DNA of 64,000 bases from Octopus sinensis (lineage: Eukaryota). Positions 60,592 to 64,000 of this stretch are shown piece after piece. Each line of letters starts with the position of its first letter. The stretch's first letter is position 1. Location of the stretch: the NCBI RefSeq assembly GCF_006345805.1, contig NC_042997.1, forward strand, positions 75,206,001 to 75,270,000. Direction: 5' to 3'. The notes beneath the pieces were generated by a model that saw only the letters and a list, made by a program, of their open reading frames with translations, was not told the DNA's origin and ran no database searches. The position numbers and the translations under genes were made by a program.

Positions 60592-61341
60592 AACAATACC
60601 TCCCATCTCATTTCTTTATCAACACTGTCGATGGACCACTCAAAGAGGTATGTATTCATTATCATTTTCGTAACATAATTTCTGTAGTATTTCAAGAAGT
60701 TTCTGACATGTATTTTGATTCACATGGCGGAGATCCAACATTTCTTCACTTTTTCCAGAATTTCTTCTTTTTATTATTTTTTTTTTGCGAAATATGTACA
60801 AAAATACGGAGTTTATGATTCATGTGTGAGTGTGTGTTCTTGATACTCGTTTAGAACAAGTAGTTTTACACCAATTACACTATTTTTTCTTAGTTTAAAG
60901 GCCGTGGACTGAAGATGTGAAATTTCCGAAGCCTCTCTCCCACCTTTCGCGAGCGCGCATTTTTTTTATCATATTCGTTTAGAGCAAGTTGTTTTACACC
61001 TATTACGCTATTTTTGTTTTTGTTTTTGTGCCCGGGTCAGACGCTTTCGGAAATTCCCGATATAAATTTTCCGAGGCCTCTCCCCCACCCCCCTTTCGCG
61101 AGTGCGCATTTTTTTGTCATATTCGTTTAGAGCAAGTTGTTTTACACATATTACACTATTTTTTGTTTGTTTTGGTGCCCGGGTCAGCCCCTCAGACGCG
61201 ATGTGAATTTTCCGATGCCTCTCCCCCCCCCTTTCGCGTGCGGGCATTTTTTTTTCATATTCGTTCATAGGAAGTTGTTTTACACCTATTACACACATTT
61301 TTTTTTTGATTCTCTGAATGGCGTAACGCTTTAGTTTAACC

Positions 61342-61456
61342 TAGGCGGCTTAAAAAAATAAATCCTGGGGTCGTTTGTTCGACTAAAAACCCTTTACGGC
61401 GGTACTCCAGCATGGCCGCAGTCAAATGGCTGAAACAAGTAAAAGAATAAAAGAAT
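61342..61456 (+). mobile_element. SINE 3' part, continuation of 57683-57922
   Basis: TAGG..CTTAAAA..ATAAATCCTGGGGTCG...CTCCAGCATGGCCGCAG...GTAAAAGAATAAAAGAAT. Confidence 0.8.
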
Positions 61457-62895
61457 ATGTGCGCGCGCACACATTCGCAACGCTGACACACATGTATATG
61501 TATGCACATGCTGATGTGTATACAAATATATTTTCAACCGAGACGTTGCAACCGTATCTGATTATTGTTCAAGTGCTTCAATTCTGAGTACATACTTTTA
61601 CTAGACTGCTGACATTTATTAATGGTTTCCCATTATGTTGATATTTATTTCTGTCATTACTAAAACTGTCGGTATTTTTGACGACACGGGTATGTTAGCA
61701 TGTAAGAATATGGATATGCATGAAAACTTAAACCTTACATGCTACCACATGCACACACATACAAAGAGACACGCACATATAGAGTAAGAGAGGGAGTGAA
61801 AGAAGAGGAATAGACAGAAAGTTTTATGGAAAACAAGTTTCGTTTGTAACTACTAAGGGAATGAGAAACAAAATTAGTTATGTAAACTTTTTCAGTTGGC
61901 GTTAAGCTTCAACGAAGCAATTTTTTTCGTTCGGTAAATATGCATGTACATTAGAAGTGGATGTATGTATTCACAACTAGGATGTATTATAAGAATATAA
62001 ATCGACCTAATACTTGGTCGGGCAATTTGCGGCACTTTTTGAACACTGTCTATGGAATCCCGTAAAACGGTGACTTTTAATGTTCACAAAACAAAGAACA
62101 AGCAAACATCAACACTTCTGAATGACAAAAGAAAAGCTGAATATAAAAAGAATGGAGAAAAGTAAAGGAAAACTGGAAGATCGGTTGCCCTAACAAATTT
62201 AAAAGACTTACTTCAAAATTCATTCAATGGAAACATTTATTTTTCTTTGTTTTTTATTTTTTGAGATTGAGACAATTTGAAAATTTTTACTGAGAAAAAG
62301 TATTATGTCATTTCTTCGACTAGTTTATTTTTTATGTGAACAGAAAATTCTTGTTCGCCGCTTATAAGAGAGAAAAATCTCTTCTGTAACACGAGTAGAG
62401 TATTAAGTTGGAGCGGTGAAGTATTTTTGTCGCAGTAGTCAAATTTCAGCGACAGCAGTCAAAAGAAGACCTGCTAGGATCTTCCGGTCTATTTTTACCC
62501 TAACTTTTTTTGTGTTGCGGTCGACATTATTTAAGGATTATTTACTTGGTAAGCAAGTCGTGAGATCGTAATGAGGTTCCTTCGTTTGCTAGAATAAAAA
62601 TAATGCAATGCAATTTAACGGTCGGTTCTGTGAGTTTTTTTTTATAGTCATTGAAACAGTCACAATTATAGCTAAAAATCCTTTCTACTAATAAGCACAA
62701 GACTCGAAATTTTGTCGGGGTATAATGCTACAGTTTATATAATATCCATTACGTGTGTGTGAAAACAATTCCCGTTTTGTACAATAAAACACTGAAACAA
62801 ATTAATCATTTGTGGATGGTTTCCTTTTTTCTCTTGTATCCTAGCTATAAATGGCACTGCAGACCAGTACCCTTCCAATATTTCATATCCTGTAA

Positions 62896-63062
62896 GGCGG
62901 TGAGCTGGCGGAATTGTTAGCATGCCGAGCAAAATGCTTAGAAGTATTTCCTCCGTCATTACGCTGAGTTCAAATTCCGCCGAGGTCGATAAAATAAAGT
63001 ACCAGTTGAGCACTAGGGGCTATTTAATCGATTTACAGCTCCCCCAAACCTGCTGCCCTTAT
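62896..63062 (+). mobile_element. tRNA-derived SINE
   Basis: GAGCTGGCGGAATTGTTAG ... GAGTTCAAATTCCGCCGAGGTCGA; same head as 14098-14200. Confidence 0.8.
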
Positions 63063-64000
63063 ACGAACATTTAACACTAATATTTCCTATTCTGTCCACA
63101 CCACAATGAAAAATAGAATTTGAGCTAACTTGTGGCGAATGTCGAAATAAGTAGATTAAAGTACAGGACATGGTTTCCGTTTCGATAAATTATTAGCGCT
63201 TATGTCATTGGGGAAAAAATGAACTTCTCAACAGCCCATTCTTTAATCTCTATAGGTTAACATAATTCGTCTTCCTTTTTCCCAAAAAGTGTAAAAAAAA
63301 AAAAAAGAAAAGAATACCATTAGTTGGAGTAATTTAGATATTTGCAAACGCAAAACTTTTTTTCTAAAAATGGGACGACTCTGTTCGTAACTAGATTTAC
63401 AAATGCCGAAAAAAAATTGAAAAGCTCTAAAAAAAGCTATCAGATAATAGATATTCCGTCACTTTGGCTCGACAAGATAGAAAGAAACTAAGAGAAGTAT
63501 GTTGCACTAGTTGAAAAGTTTCAATAGTTTTATTAAGCTTGCGAAGGGAAAGTAGTAACAGTAATCACTGAGGATGTTAACACCCGCTTGCAAACATGGC
63601 GCTTTATAAAAGACACTCCTTCGTACACCACCAATAGTTTTGTTGAACTGTTTACTTTAGCTATAGTAGCAACTTAGTCATAGTCATTTCCCTTCTTGTT
63701 CTCCAGAGCGTTGATATTTTTCATCCTTAAATATATTGTAGTAATTTTCTTTCGCCCTCACTTCCGTGTACTAACAGAACAATTTGGTACACATATGCAC
63801 ACATATACACGAACATACACATAATAACCCATTTATAGATACGCACACGGACGTATAGCTTTCTCCACCTCTTTCTCCTATGTTAATTTCTTAGTTTTTC
63901 GACATCTTTCGTTGTCTCCTGCCGGCTACAGTAATAAACATTGGAGTTTTAAGCATACGAGAGAAAAAGAAAATAATTGGCCTGGTTGTTGTATGGTGAC

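Larger units (their letters stand above)
58411..61341. mobile_element. Palindromic Merlin (IS1595/ISXO2-like DDE) transposon derivative
   Basis: Ends GGTTAAACTAAAGCGTTACGCC / GGCGTAACGCTTTAGTTTAACC; ~155-bp subterminal tandem units in both arms; 58411-59789 inverts to 60354-61341. No TSD seen. Confidence 0.88.

Overview
AT-rich eukaryotic DNA made almost entirely of transposable elements and (TA)n/(CA)n/(TACA)n microsatellites. The repeat families look cephalopod (octopus-like); this is inference from recalled family types, not a database result. No host protein-coding gene could be supported, and most long ORFs in the track are microsatellite artefacts. Contents: at least five Penelope-like elements (PLEs; four Neptune-like, one probably Naiad-like, one full length with direct pseudo-LTRs), three CR1/L2-group LINEs, RTE LINEs, two mariners, Tc1 remnants, a palindromic Merlin (IS1595/ISXO2-like) transposon, non-autonomous Helitrons, tRNA-derived SINEs, MITEs and a solo LTR. 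The strongest unannotated signal is a set of about 11 hammerhead-ribozyme (HHR) motifs from at least five sequence families. These include a canonical type I HHR with a 57-nt helix II (44348-44449), U3-A8 core variants with covarying helix II (179, 15487, 50469) and C4 variants in PLE pseudo-LTRs. One PLE pseudo-LTR also carries a phased ATTGG-N12-TGACGTC (CCAAT+CRE) array. All RNA structures were paired by eye. Homopolymer indels suggest that some frameshifts may be assembly errors.
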